NCBI GenBank assembly: GCA_964557125.1
Contig: CAZKYX010000002.1
Coordinates: 25,828 to 89,827 of the forward strand
Direction: 5' to 3'
Source of the DNA: an uncultured Gammaproteobacteria bacterium
GTDB lineage: Bacteria; Patescibacteriota; Microgenomatia; Levybacterales; GWA1-39-11
Length of the DNA stretch: 64,000 bases
The position numbers and the translations under genes were made by a program. Below are positions 1 through 10,400 of the stretch, piece by piece. The notes beneath the pieces were generated by a model. It was not told the DNA's origin and ran no database searches. It saw nothing but the letters and a program-made list of their open reading frames with translations. Position 1 is the first letter of the stretch. Each line of letters opens with the position of its first letter.

Positions 1-902
1 AGAAAGTAAATGGAGTTGCTCCGGACATGACCACAAAGAGAGTATATTTTGAGGATTTAACTCCAATTTACCCAATCCAGCAAATGGTTTTATCAACCAA
101 AAAAGTACCCCTTTCAACAAGAATTATTGATATAGCCTCACCAATTGGATTTGGACAGAGAGGAATGATAGTAAGCCCTCCAAAAGCAGGAAAAACAACC
201 ATTCTAAAAGATTTGGCAGCAGGAATTGCCGAAAACTACCCTAAAGTTCATCTCATGGCTGTTCTTATTGGAGAGCGCCCAGAAGAGGTTACTGATATAT
301 CCCGCTCGGTAAAAGGAGAAGTTATAGCTTCAAATTTTGATGAACCACCAGAAGCTCAAACAACATCAGCAGAAATTGCACTGGACCGCGCAAAAAGACT
401 CGTTGAGACCGGAAAGGACGTTGTTATTCTTCTTGACTCAATCACTAGGCTTGCCAGAGCATACAACCTTTCAATTGAGCCTTCGGGAAGAACCCTAACT
501 GGAGGATTTGACCCAGCAGCATTATGGCCTGCAAAGAGATTTTTTGGAGCTGCTAGAAAATGTGAAGAGGGAGGGTCGCTTACCGTAATTGGAACAGCCC
601 TTGTGGATACGGGTTCAAGAATGGATGACCTTATCTATGAAGAATTCAAGGGAACTGGAAATATGGAGCTACATTTGGATAGAAGACTTGCTGAAAGACG
701 TATTTACCCATCAATAAATGTCGAGCGCTCAGGTACTCGAAAAGAGGAATTGCTTTTGGATGAGAAGAACTATAAAAAGATTGCAACCATGAGACGCATG
801 ATGGACGTATTGGGACCTGACGAAAGAACTCAAATTCTTATCGAAAGACTTTCACAAACAGATACGAACGAAGAATTCCTCAATGGCCTCGGGAAAGAAT
901 AG
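1..902 (+). CDS. rho: Transcription termination factor Rho, C-terminal ATPase part (5' end upstream of window)
   Basis: Frame is open to base 1. Walker A PPKAGKTT, LLDSITRLARAYN and the RecA-type core match Rho. EDLTPIYP resembles the Rho linker. Confidence 0.9.
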   Translation, partial: KVNGVAPDMTTKRVYFEDLTPIYPIQQMVLSTKKVPLSTRIIDIASPIGFGQRGMIVSPPKAGKTTILKDLAAGIAENYPKVHLMAVLIGERPEEVTDISRSVKGEVIASNFDEPPEAQTTSAEIALDRAKRLVETGKDVVILLDSITRLARAYNLSIEPSGRTLTGGFDPAALWPAKRFFGAARKCEEGGSLTVIGTALVDTGSRMDDLIYEEFKGTGNMELHLDRRLAERRIYPSINVERSGTRKEELLLDEKNYKKIATMRRMMDVLGPDERTQILIERLSQTDTNEEFLNGLGKE

Positions 903-905
903 TAC

Positions 906-1008
906 TTTAATTTTTAAGCACAAATTTAAAATTTTTAATCAATTTTAAAATTCAAATTTATAAAATTTCTGTTTTGATTTCAAATTAAAAATTAAGAATT
1001 AAAAATTA
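906..1008. repeat. AT-rich ~95-bp intergenic element, copy 1 of 5
   Basis: AATTTTT-type heptamer run ending in attaaaaatt, related to copies at 42685, 50000, 58178 and 60934. Confidence 0.6.
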
Positions 1009-1054
1009 CACTTCAATTGACATATCAAGCTTCAATTGATAAACTGTCTCTTCC

Positions 1055-2230
1055 ATGCGAAGAAGAAGTCCCATACGAAGTGTGGGAAGATTACTCAAAA
1101 CATTAGCCTCAGGAAAATCCTTTTTTCACATCCTCATACCGGGAGTTATATTTTTCTATAAAGAATTTGTTGGTTTTATCTCCTTCTTAACTACCTATTT
1201 TAAGGCAAAAATCATGTTTTTCTCCAATATTTTTGAGAAGAACAAAAATGTAGTCGTAAAGTCAGTACTTATCAAAAGAGGGAAGAGAAATCGCTTTTTT
1301 CTTCATGTCAGTGCCATGGCGGTGCTTTCAATTGGAGTTCTTATTTCTCCCTTTATTTCAGATACGAATAAATTTGGTCAAAGTAATTCACTCTTAAGCT
1401 TTGCACAGGGGCTTAACGAGACTCAAAGTCTTGCACCTCAAGATGTATTCCAAACACGCGCAAGTGATAAGCCTCGGTCTGAAGTACTTGTGTATAAGGT
1501 GCAAAAGGGAGATACATTATCAGGAATTGCTCAGAAATTTGGAATATCAGAGGACACTATTAAGTGGGAGAACAATTTAAGTGGAGATTCGTTAACCGTT
1601 GGCGATAGCCTCAAAATTCTTCCGGTTTCGGGAATTGCGCACAAAGTATCAAGTGGAGATACTATTTATACTATAGCTAAAAAGTATGATGCAAATGCTC
1701 AGGCTGTAGTCGACTTCCCTTTTAATGATTTTGCAGATCCACAGACCTTTTCTCTTGTTGTCGGGCAGACGGTTATTGTGCCTGATGGAGTAAAGCCTGC
1801 TGCCCAGCCAAGCTATATTGCAAGGCAAAAATTTATACCGAGTGGTTCTGTAGTAGTCTCGGGTGCTGGTTTTACATGGCCTGTTGGGGGTACTATGAAT
1901 CAGTATTTTGCATGGTATCACCCTGGAATTGATATTGGAGCATCGGTAGGTACACCTGTTGTGGCTGCTCAAAGTGGTGTGGTTGTGGGTGCTTATACCG
2001 GTGGGTGGCATGGAGGGTATGGAACCCATGTTATTGTCTCAGGGGATAATGGGTATGGTTCTTTGTACGCTCATATGAGTGCTGTGAATGTAAGCGTAGG
2101 TCAAAAAGTTACGGCTGGTTCAACACTTGTTGGATGGGTAGGAATGACCGGAAGAACAACTGGTCCTCATCTACATTTTGAAGTACATAGTGGAGGTGGG
2201 AATCTTAATCCGTTATCGTTCTTAAGATAG
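1055..2230 (+). CDS. LysM-domain M23 family metallopeptidase (true start may be the ATG near 1214)
   Basis: Two LysM-like repeats (YKVQKGDTLSGIAQKFG, HKVSSGDTIYTIAKKYD). M23 motifs HPGIDI and GPHLHFEV. One TM segment. Confidence 0.85.
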   Translation: MRRRSPIRSVGRLLKTLASGKSFFHILIPGVIFFYKEFVGFISFLTTYFKAKIMFFSNIFEKNKNVVVKSVLIKRGKRNRFFLHVSAMAVLSIGVLISPFISDTNKFGQSNSLLSFAQGLNETQSLAPQDVFQTRASDKPRSEVLVYKVQKGDTLSGIAQKFGISEDTIKWENNLSGDSLTVGDSLKILPVSGIAHKVSSGDTIYTIAKKYDANAQAVVDFPFNDFADPQTFSLVVGQTVIVPDGVKPAAQPSYIARQKFIPSGSVVVSGAGFTWPVGGTMNQYFAWYHPGIDIGASVGTPVVAAQSGVVVGAYTGGWHGGYGTHVIVSGDNGYGSLYAHMSAVNVSVGQKVTAGSTLVGWVGMTGRTTGPHLHFEVHSGGGNLNPLSFLR

Positions 2231-2237
2231 AGGGTTT

Positions 2238-2340
2238 AGTTAGGAAAGCGTACAGCGTACAGTTTAAGAATAAAGTATAAAGAAAAGGGATTTATTCTTC
2301 GAGCGGAGCCTGCCTAGTCCGTGAGACTGGTCGAGAAGGT
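2238..2340. repeat. Cassette junction repeat, long form
   Basis: agttaggaaagcgtacagcgtacagttt...aataaagtataaag...ttcttcgagcg...ggtcgagaagg recurs at 50921-51026. Shorter relatives lie at 31615-31672 and 33561-33622. Confidence 0.7.
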
Positions 2341-2361
2341 AAAAAAGAAGTAAAAAGAAAT

Positions 2362-2470
2362 ATTTTTTTCTTGTACTTTCGGCCGTCGAAAGTACCAAAG
2401 CCTCTTGTCATGCTGTGCTCCATGTATTTAAAACTCCATTTCACTCACGAAAATTCCGGACTAGTCCCGC
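2362..2470. repeat. Element E copy 1 (GTACTTTCG hairpin plus CAAAGCCTCT block)
   Basis: Perfect 9-bp stem gtactttcg/cgaaagtac at 2373-2395, followed by ccaaagcctct and cactcacgaaaattccggact. Homologous copy at 29851-29950. Confidence 0.7.
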
Positions 2471-2581
2471 CATGGCGGGACGTCGCCTACAAATTTTTCC
2501 ATAAATGGAATGTTCGTTCCATTATGTTTTGCATACAATACTCACAGAATGACAAACATATATATGGGGAAATAATTGGGA

Positions 2582-2608
2582 GGGGTTGCGGTTTTGAAGC
2601 GCAACCCC
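2582..2608 (-). terminator. GC-rich hairpin after the 2621-3114 mini-operon
   Basis: ggggttgcg / cgcaacccc 9-bp stem, 12 nt past the stop codon of the minus-strand ORF. Confidence 0.45.
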
Positions 2609-2620
2609 TGTGTAGTTCGG

Positions 2621-2809
2621 TTAGTTTTTTGATGCACTCGAATTTTTTTCTGGTGCAAAAAGTGATGATGGAGGCGGGCGGAAATCAAATTCCTTACTAC
2701 AGACCCGACAGGTCACTCTTTGGCCAAGTTTGGCTTCGTAGTGATGCCAAGCGTTACAATGTGGGCATTTTGCCGAGCGTGATTTACGCTCCGAAGATGC
2801 ATTACTCAT
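2621..2809 (-). CDS. Small zinc-ribbon protein
   Basis: CPHC...CRVC motif pair. ATGA start/stop overlap with the upstream ORF. Confidence 0.5.
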   Translation of the reverse strand: MSNASSERKSRSAKCPHCNAWHHYEAKLGQRVTCRVCSKEFDFRPPPSSLFAPEKNSSASKN

Positions 2810-3114
2810 TTCTTGTTCTCCTTTTCAATTTCTTTAAGAGTCTTTCTATACATGTTGAAACTTGGAAAAACCCAAAGAAAGAGCGCGAGTGATAGACAGC
2901 ACACGGCAATTGAAATGCTGTATAGGTGGAATTGGAGGGCAAGGTTTAAACCAACTAAAAATTCACAAGTACAACAGATGAGTGCAACGAAAAAGCAAAG
3001 CATTGTTCGTCGTGGTGGTTGGATCTTTTTAACTGGAATGCTGATGAGAGTCCCAAGTGCAGTAAAAATGCTAATTATGCAGATGCAAAAAATAGCGAAG
3101 GTGATCCAAACCAT
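2806..3114 (-). CDS. Small membrane protein (about 3 TM)
   Basis: Hydrophobic helices. GGAGAGG RBS 5 nt upstream of the ATG. Confidence 0.5.
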   Translation of the reverse strand: MVWITFAIFCICIISIFTALGTLISIPVKKIQPPRRTMLCFFVALICCTCEFLVGLNLALQFHLYSISIAVCCLSLALFLWVFPSFNMYRKTLKEIEKENKK

Positions 3115-3211
3115 TTTCCTCTCCTTTCCTAACCGAGTTGTGAATGAACCATTTTCAAATCCTATTCGCCAGCAGCAATTGCTAGGGTAGAGTCTGAACG
3201 TTATTGAAGGT

Positions 3212-3219
3212 ATTATACA
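3212..3219 (-). promoter_or_regulatory. Extended -10 (TGTATAAT) for the 3114-2621 operon
   Basis: Plus-strand attataca equals minus-strand TGTATAAT, about 95 nt upstream of the ATG. Confidence 0.4.
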
Positions 3220-3385
3220 TCAAGAACTTGAATTAAGAAGCAAGAAGTAAGTATAAAGGGAAAAGTTTGGACACATAGTTCTCGAGAGTACCTCGAACAA
3301 TACTTCGACAAGCTCAGTACAAGTATTCTTCCAACGAATTGAGAAGTTTTAAGTATTAGCCATTCAACTATTGTCTAGTGCCTAG

Positions 3386-5545
3386 CTACTGAGTTGGAGT
3401 TGGAGAAGGTGTCTCTTCAGCGCTCGTTGGGGTTGGAGTAGCCTTGGTGGTTGGCGGTTCTGGTATCTTGACTCTCGGGTCTTGTTCTGGGAAATCTGCT
3501 TTCTGTTGACTCACTTCAAGTGGCGTTTTGTCCTCAGTTGGTGCAACTGATGTATCTGTACCATTTGCTGCAGCCTCACCTATCTTTGTCTGAAGTGCTT
3601 TAATTTCTTCATCAATTTTTGCGAGATTTGTAGCGTCGTTAATGACGAGTTGTCTTACGACTTGAAATTGTTGAACCGCATTTTGTAGGTCTCCCTTTTG
3701 CTCATATGATTTTCCTAGGTTGTAGTAGGCGTTGGGGTAGTCAGCTTTTAGCTGAGTAGCTATGGTAAATTGGTTTTGAGCAAGATCGTACTGTTTTAGT
3801 TGATAATATACTCCTCCTAATTCAATTCTTAAGGCTGGGTTGCTTGGATTTAAAGATATCGCCTTGTTAAGTGATTGTATGGTGAATTGTTCTGCATTTT
3901 GTCCTACCCCAATAAGATTTCTGTAAATTTGAGCTAAATTGTCCCAATTTATGGCACTTTCGCCAGAGAGGGTAACTGCCTGTCGGGCACTGTTAATACT
4001 CTGTTGTAGTAGTCCTAGGATATTTTGTTGAACTTCTTGTGATGGAGCAGCGGTTCCTTGCTGTGAATTTACAAGACTTGCAGCAAGTGCCAAATTTACC
4101 TGAGAGAACACTCTGTAATAGTCACTTCGGTATGGAAATTGTTCTATTGCTTCTGTCTGGAGATTGTAGGTCACAGAGCCTGACTGCAATGCTTCAGGCT
4201 GAAGAGATTTGGCAAATTTAATATCAGATAGAAGCAGTTGTACGTATCCTTTTCTTGCTGCTGTACCAGAACCTATCATAAAGAATAGTATAAATACGGC
4301 TAGTAAGACGGCACTCACGAGAGCAATAAATGGAAGCACATAGTTATCCGTTTTGCGTCTGGTGGAGTCCTCAGTGAGAGAGAATAGACCCTTTTGGAGG
4401 GTAACTAGATTTACAGCAACTTCTGCCACCTTTTTTGAATTGGTGAGATTTAAATGCGTAATGTAAAGTGCAAGGAGCGCAATAAAAAGAAAAATCATAG
4501 AGTACGAGAAGGGTATTGCAAAGCTCAAGAGCGCTGTTGTAGCTGTAGCAAGAAAGAGTGGGTTAATAACTGATGTTTTTGTTTTTACGAATTTAAATAC
4601 TATAAATAGGAATGCTACAAAACCTAGTATACCTGTAGATGCTACAAGTTCTAGAACGAAAGACGAGGAGAATGGAAAAGCCAAGTTCCAAGCTGTCGAT
4701 GAGTTAAAAGATGGAAGGATGAATTTGGTAAAGCTGGTAGAAAATGTTCCAAATCCACCACCTAATAGGAATGATGGTAAGAGTCGTTGTGCATCTTGAC
4801 TTACTGAGGCAAGTGCAATTTGAAATCCATGGTTGTAGGGAAGCAGTATGGGTTTTTGTGCTTGATTTATAATCTGATAAAAAATTGCTCCTATACCAGC
4901 ACCTATTACGAGAGCAGAGACTGCTTGAATCATTTGGTCAGCCCTTCTTGTAATGGCGGCTAGCTTTCCTGTTCTTATTATGTGTGTGAGGGAGGCAACG
5001 CACAATACAAAGAGAGGGGTAAGAAAAGCTAGTTGTTGTATTTGAGAGCCATTTGGATTGAATAGTTCATTGTGAGTTGCGGCAAAAGGCAAGGCATATA
5101 TTTTGAATTGAGAAAGAACGGTTAGAATTGAGGACAATACGCTTCCTATTATAAGAGAGGTGAGGGCAATGGTGAAAGAAGTCTTCTCATTTATGAAATT
5201 AACGACAGTAAAGAAGAATAAAATAAGTAAGGCAACCGGTACTGCTTGAAGAACAGAGTCAAATTTATTTGGCGAAATAACAGCTGAAACGATGATAATA
5301 ACAGTAAATATAAGAAGGGGAATATTTAATGGATTGAGCAGCAACGTTATTTTACCTTCAACAACGCTCTTGACCCCCCACAGTATAAATAGGATAAGGG
5401 AAGCACCAATTATAAGTATCTGCTTTGGAAATGAGTAGAAGTCAGTTGTATTGGTGAGAAAGAACAACGGAAATAAGAAAAAAACCGTAGAAATAAGAAT
5501 GGTTGATATAGATGAAAGGTATGATACGGCAGCTTTTTTGTCCAT
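3386..5545 (-). CDS. Polytopic membrane protein, O-antigen ligase-like, with C-terminal TPR repeats and a Pro/Thr tail
   Basis: More than 10 predicted TM helices. TPR-like YYNLGKSYEQKGDLQNAVQQFQ and YYQLKQYDLAQNQF. The family call is from architecture only. Confidence 0.65.
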   Translation of the reverse strand: MDKKAAVSYLSSISTILISTVFFLFPLFFLTNTTDFYSFPKQILIIGASLILFILWGVKSVVEGKITLLLNPLNIPLLIFTVIIIVSAVISPNKFDSVLQAVPVALLILFFFTVVNFINEKTSFTIALTSLIIGSVLSSILTVLSQFKIYALPFAATHNELFNPNGSQIQQLAFLTPLFVLCVASLTHIIRTGKLAAITRRADQMIQAVSALVIGAGIGAIFYQIINQAQKPILLPYNHGFQIALASVSQDAQRLLPSFLLGGGFGTFSTSFTKFILPSFNSSTAWNLAFPFSSSFVLELVASTGILGFVAFLFIVFKFVKTKTSVINPLFLATATTALLSFAIPFSYSMIFLFIALLALYITHLNLTNSKKVAEVAVNLVTLQKGLFSLTEDSTRRKTDNYVLPFIALVSAVLLAVFILFFMIGSGTAARKGYVQLLLSDIKFAKSLQPEALQSGSVTYNLQTEAIEQFPYRSDYYRVFSQVNLALAASLVNSQQGTAAPSQEVQQNILGLLQQSINSARQAVTLSGESAINWDNLAQIYRNLIGVGQNAEQFTIQSLNKAISLNPSNPALRIELGGVYYQLKQYDLAQNQFTIATQLKADYPNAYYNLGKSYEQKGDLQNAVQQFQVVRQLVINDATNLAKIDEEIKALQTKIGEAAANGTDTSVAPTEDKTPLEVSQQKADFPEQDPRVKIPEPPTTKATPTPTSAEETPSPTPTQ

Positions 5546-5733
5546 AATTTACTGTAGCAAACTTTTCAAAATAATGTCAACCCTGCTAAAGTAGCTCAAT
5601 TGGCACCTTTTTCCCATGTTAGAAAGTAGAGTACAAATTTATAGATTGATACATTAATTAACAATTTGATAGCAGTGAAAATAATATATTTTCACGTACA
5701 CTTTTATTATCCAATTTACCCTATTTTGAGGGC

Positions 5734-5763
5734 TTGACAAGCACAAAAAATAGTATCTATACT
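5734..5763 (+). promoter_or_regulatory. Sigma70-like promoter TTGACA-18-TATACT
   Basis: TTGACA at 5734-5739 and TATACT at 5758-5763, upstream of the 5805 ORF. Confidence 0.4.
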
Positions 5764-5804
5764 GATATCAGTATATCCCTTTTCAGGGACGGCAGGCATT
5801 GTGT

Positions 5805-6332
5805 ATGACAAAGAGAAAAAGTGTTAAAAGAGTTAAGGCACAGTCTTCCGAAGAAGGATATTTGCAGGCTGATTTTAAAAAGATTATGGGGAGAAACGAT
5901 AAGATATTGATTGGCCTTGTGAGCGGAGTTATCCTAATACTATTGATAGTTACGGGAGTGCTACTTTTTGGCAGAGGAAAACAAATTGACCGTGACAATG
6001 CAAATCTTCCCCCAGAGCAGCGCCCTATTCCAACAAAGGCTGTGCTTACTCCTTACCCTTCCATTCCTCCCACAACGGACTTTACAGTCGTTATTAATGA
6101 AAAAAGAATCTATCCTGCAGATATTGCTATTACTCATGGCTATTCAGTCATCCTTCTTAATATTGGTCAAAAGGACTTGGATATCGTTGGAATAGGCGCA
6201 AAAGACGCAATGCTAAATGTAGGAGTTATTAAGAATGGAGAGGAAAAACAAATTAAATTTGATGTAGCTGGTGTATATAAATTCAAGAATCAAGCACAAC
6301 CAAATCAGATAGGAACGATAACGGTGAGATGA
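5805..6332 (+). CDS. Membrane-anchored protein with a cupredoxin-like C-terminal domain and no obvious Cu ligands
   Basis: Single TM (ILIGLVSGVILILLIVTGVLLF). The beta-rich tail ending GVYKFKNQAQPNQIGTITVR resembles the cupredoxin_1 pattern. Confidence 0.5.
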   Translation: MTKRKSVKRVKAQSSEEGYLQADFKKIMGRNDKILIGLVSGVILILLIVTGVLLFGRGKQIDRDNANLPPEQRPIPTKAVLTPYPSIPPTTDFTVVINEKRIYPADIAITHGYSVILLNIGQKDLDIVGIGAKDAMLNVGVIKNGEEKQIKFDVAGVYKFKNQAQPNQIGTITVR

Positions 6333-6335
6333 GAT

Positions 6336-7439
6336 TTGAATATCGAATATAGACAAATTATGAAAACTGCCCAACAAGATAGAATTAAGAATATCGAATA
6401 TAGAATATCGAAGATTGAGAAGAAAGGTAAGGCCCAATATTCAAAAATCAATATTCAAAATTCACAATCCAGCACCGCTGGATTTACTTTAGTTGAGATT
6501 CTTGTTGCAACAGCGGTACTTTTAACGCTTTTGAGTGGAGTAGTGTTGACTCTTAACCCAATAAAGCAGCTCAATAAAGCAAAAGATGCGACCCGTTCCC
6601 GTGATTTGCAGTCAATTAAAGTAGCCATTGATACCTATTATCAAGATACCAATTGTTATCCTCATGAAATTCCATTTGGAAATGAGTGGAGAGTGAGAAA
6701 TGCAAATGGACAGGACACGATATATATGAAGGAAGTCCCACAAGATCCTGACTGTACTGACTCCAATTCTTCTTGTTATGCATATAGGACAGTCGAAGAT
6801 ACGAATGATTCTACGTATAGTTGTCCTCAGTGGAATGTTCTCTTTGCGCCAGTAACAAAAGAATCGTCTCTTACGAATGTTTGTCCACTCACCTCACTTT
6901 CAAATTGTATTCCAGCAGGATACGACCAAGGAACATGGGCATGTTCACTTTCAGGAGCAGTTGACTGCGATTCATTACTTGCCGTATCTAGTCTAACTGG
7001 TGGGGTAGAGACCGTTGGACCAACAGCAACCCCAACCCCTGGCCCAACAGCAACACCAACACCAACCCCAACACCAGACCCACAATCAGGAACATTCCCA
7101 TTGCTGCAAGGTGGAACGCCTGACCTTTATGAAGTAACAATAAATCATTTGTGGGCATATCCACTTGAGTCACAATCTTGGAGTGTAAAGGTAAGCGATA
7201 GCGTTGCACAAGTAGAGCAGGTGCAAGTGGTTGTGACTTCAGATGGTGGCGCACAAGCGACATTTAATCTAAATCCCCCAAGTGGTTCACCTAATAATGA
7301 GGGTAGTTGGACTGGAGTCAGACAGGTAGGAGCAACTGAGACATTTGAAGATACCTATTATGTAGAGTTCTTTGCACGTGATGCTTTGGGAAATACCAAT
7401 GGAAGCACAGTACTACCTATAAGAACAAGCGGACAATAA
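6336..7439 (+). CDS. Type IV pilin-like protein (prepilin N-terminal motif) with Pro/Thr linker and C-terminal beta domain
   Basis: The G|FTLVEILVATAVLL class III signal motif is present. The leader before it is unusually long and encoded by GAATATC/CAATATT heptamer arrays. Confidence 0.75.
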   Translation: MNIEYRQIMKTAQQDRIKNIEYRISKIEKKGKAQYSKINIQNSQSSTAGFTLVEILVATAVLLTLLSGVVLTLNPIKQLNKAKDATRSRDLQSIKVAIDTYYQDTNCYPHEIPFGNEWRVRNANGQDTIYMKEVPQDPDCTDSNSSCYAYRTVEDTNDSTYSCPQWNVLFAPVTKESSLTNVCPLTSLSNCIPAGYDQGTWACSLSGAVDCDSLLAVSSLTGGVETVGPTATPTPGPTATPTPTPTPDPQSGTFPLLQGGTPDLYEVTINHLWAYPLESQSWSVKVSDSVAQVEQVQVVVTSDGGAQATFNLNPPSGSPNNEGSWTGVRQVGATETFEDTYYVEFFARDALGNTNGSTVLPIRTSGQ

Positions 7440-7441
7440 AT

Positions 7442-10400
7442 ATGAACACAAAAGACTTAAGAATGATGAGAACAATAGTTGTTAATAAGAAAATTTTTAT
7501 AGCTTTCTTTATTTCTTTAGTCACTTTATTTTTATTTGTTTCTAGAGGCAACGCTTTTAATACTAATATCGTTAACACTGATCTTGATCCTTTTTCCGCT
7601 AACCCAATGATGGCAGTTACAATTGGAAACAATAGTTTTGCCAAAATAGTTTCACCAAGATCTTCAGCAAACGGCTATGGAATTCAGTATCAGGAATGTA
7701 GTGATGATGCATGCTCATCGCGCTCAACAACTACGCTTTCCGTTGGAAGAGTAGCATCAGTCGACATTGCAAACTCTAGTGGCGATGGCTTCTCAAGAAT
7801 TCTGTTTGAAGATTACGTAAATAACGATTTGATATTTGTGCAGTGTCAAAACAGCCAATGTATTAGTAATATTCAGACAAATATTTTAAATGGAACCGCA
7901 GGTCTTGGTAGTGAAGGACAGGTAGAAGTGGCAAGTGATGGGTTTGCAAGACTTCTTTATAGAAATCAGAGCGGAAATCTGATATTTAGACAATGTACAA
8001 ACGCTGCATGTTCTACAGGTACATCTACAACTGTTGATGCAGGAACAACAGCAAGTTCTGGAAGATTTAAGATTGGAAGTGATGGGTTTGCAAGGATTGC
8101 ATTTATACCTGCAAGAGGGACAATTCGATTCTTTAAATGTACTAATGCAACTTGTAGCACAAAAACGACTACAAATCTTTCCATTACAGATGCGAATATT
8201 TCCAGAATTGATATAACCAGTGGAAATTTGCCAATGATTTTGTATAGGGATACAACAACTACTCCTACATCAAATGATGTAAGGCTTGTTCAGTGCACAA
8301 ATGATACGTGTGGAACCACAACAGACAATCTTATTGGTTCTCTAACCGATGGTACGTATCATGATGAACAAGAACTATTCATAGGAAATGATGGGTTTGC
8401 AAGAATATTCTTTAACACCAATAATGGTGGTGGTACAGCAAACTACTATGGAAGATTTATCCAATGCGGAAATGCTGCGTGTAGCTCTATAACAGCGGAT
8501 AATATCATTACTGGACTCAATAATGGATATGAATTGAACATGGTAAAGGGAAATGATGGGTATCCGCGCTTAGTTTATAGAAATGCGCCAAGTCCACAGC
8601 AAGTAATATTCGGTCAGTGTGTCAACGATACCTGTGTAACACCGGTTCCGACCGCTTCAGGTCAAACAGCAGTCTACGGAGGTACATACACAAGAACAAG
8701 CACTGATAATTCACCTTGGACAGTTAACTTTACAGCTGCAAATACCAATTATTATCAGGTAAGAACGGGTAGCACAACAGCTACTGGTACACAAGTTATT
8801 GTTGGTGCTGCTGCAAACGGGGCAAATTCAAAATCAATTAATTGGAATGCAACAGGTCTTGTCAATGGTTCCAATAGTCTTTACCTATTTGTGTCCGGTA
8901 ATAGTGGTTCTTCTTGGTCAAGTAATTATGCATTTACAATGCTTCGGGATGATACTGCACCAACCGCTGCAACCTCTATAAGCACAACACCTGGTACTGT
9001 TAGCGGAAATTATACGGTTACTTTTACTCCAAATGATGCAGCAAGCACCGGAAGTAATGAAATGAGTTATTACATAAGAACGGCTACTGGCGGCGGCGGT
9101 ACCCTGCTAACGAGTAGCGTTAAAACTTCAACATCTGGCAGTCCAAAAACAACGGCCTCAATTACAACTGACACTTTAGTACAGGGATCAAATACAAGAT
9201 ATGTCAGAACATGCGACGGAGCAAATAGGTGTACGGATACCTCATTTACAGTCACAGCGGGAATTCCCCCTACAAGTGTAACAGCTGTTGCTTCCGATCC
9301 ACCACCTGTTCTCAAATCGTTCAAAAACACCCTAAAGGGTAGTGCAAATCCAAATGGTTCTACTGCCCGAGGACATTTTAGATTATATACTTCAGTTCCA
9401 AATTGTACCCTCGACACAAATGGAACAAGAGTACCATCATCAGCAGGAAATGATGCAGTGCTTGGAGCTGGAAGTTCTCCTGTAGCATTTAGTGTAGGAA
9501 CAACTGTACCTCTTGTAAGACAGACTCAATATTGGTACTGCGCATACGCAGATAACGATGCAGCAGGACAAGGGAATCCTAGTACCGCAGCAGCAGCTGG
9601 ATACCAGACATTTACCACCCCAGATGGACCTGCTGGGGGATGTGACCCTGCCACAACTGGTGACCTTACCATTACCGATGCTTGTACATTCCCAGCAACT
9701 GACTTTGATGGGGTTGATGCAGGTGGAAATACTAATACAAATACTGCTCGTATCACTCTTGGTGCGGGTGGTAATGTGACTATCCTTGCAGGTCAAAAGG
9801 TTGCAAGAGGTAGCATATCTTTCAGCGGAGGACTACTAACGCTTCAAAATGGTAATGGGGGAATTATAAGAGGTGGAGTATACCTATTAGATGCTGACGG
9901 GGATGGGTATATAGATAATAATACGAGTCGTTATGTAGGTATAGCTCCTCCAGCGGGATATGTAAGACGCAATTATCTTGCCTCAACAACTTATTCGGGT
10001 TCTAATTATGACTATGCAAGTAAAATGTATGCTGTAAGTACATTTGACTGTAATACAGCAAGTGCGATAGAAGGTGTAAATGTGGCAAATCTTGCTGTAG
10101 ATGCTGACCAAGATGGGTATTATACCGGTGCTACAGGTACGTCTTGTGTGGGGGGAACATCAACTGTAAATGGCAGGACATATTATAGAGTAGCAGACGG
10201 GTCGTATTCAAAGATAATAGGTAGTCCTACAGGGGGTGCCAATGCAATTGCTGGAAGTGACTGTTATGACAATACAGGAGAGCCTTGTAAGCCAACTATT
10301 AATTCTGTAGGTTCTGCAACCCAGACAAGTCTTCTTGTTACATTTACAGCAGGTGCTGGTCCTGCAGCTACTGGTTCTGCGCTATTATGGTGTGACAGAA

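Noticed and set aside
3040-3075. A hammerhead-like CTGATGAG core. Similar strings occur at 19525 and 47220.
   Set aside because: No matching GAAAC or stem arrangement is nearby, and the other hits lie inside CDSs.
2371-3190. Plus-strand ORFs 2371-2892 and 2813-3190.
   Set aside because: They run through repeat element E and a terminator hairpin, and they overlap a better-supported minus-strand pair that has RBSs and ATGA coupling.
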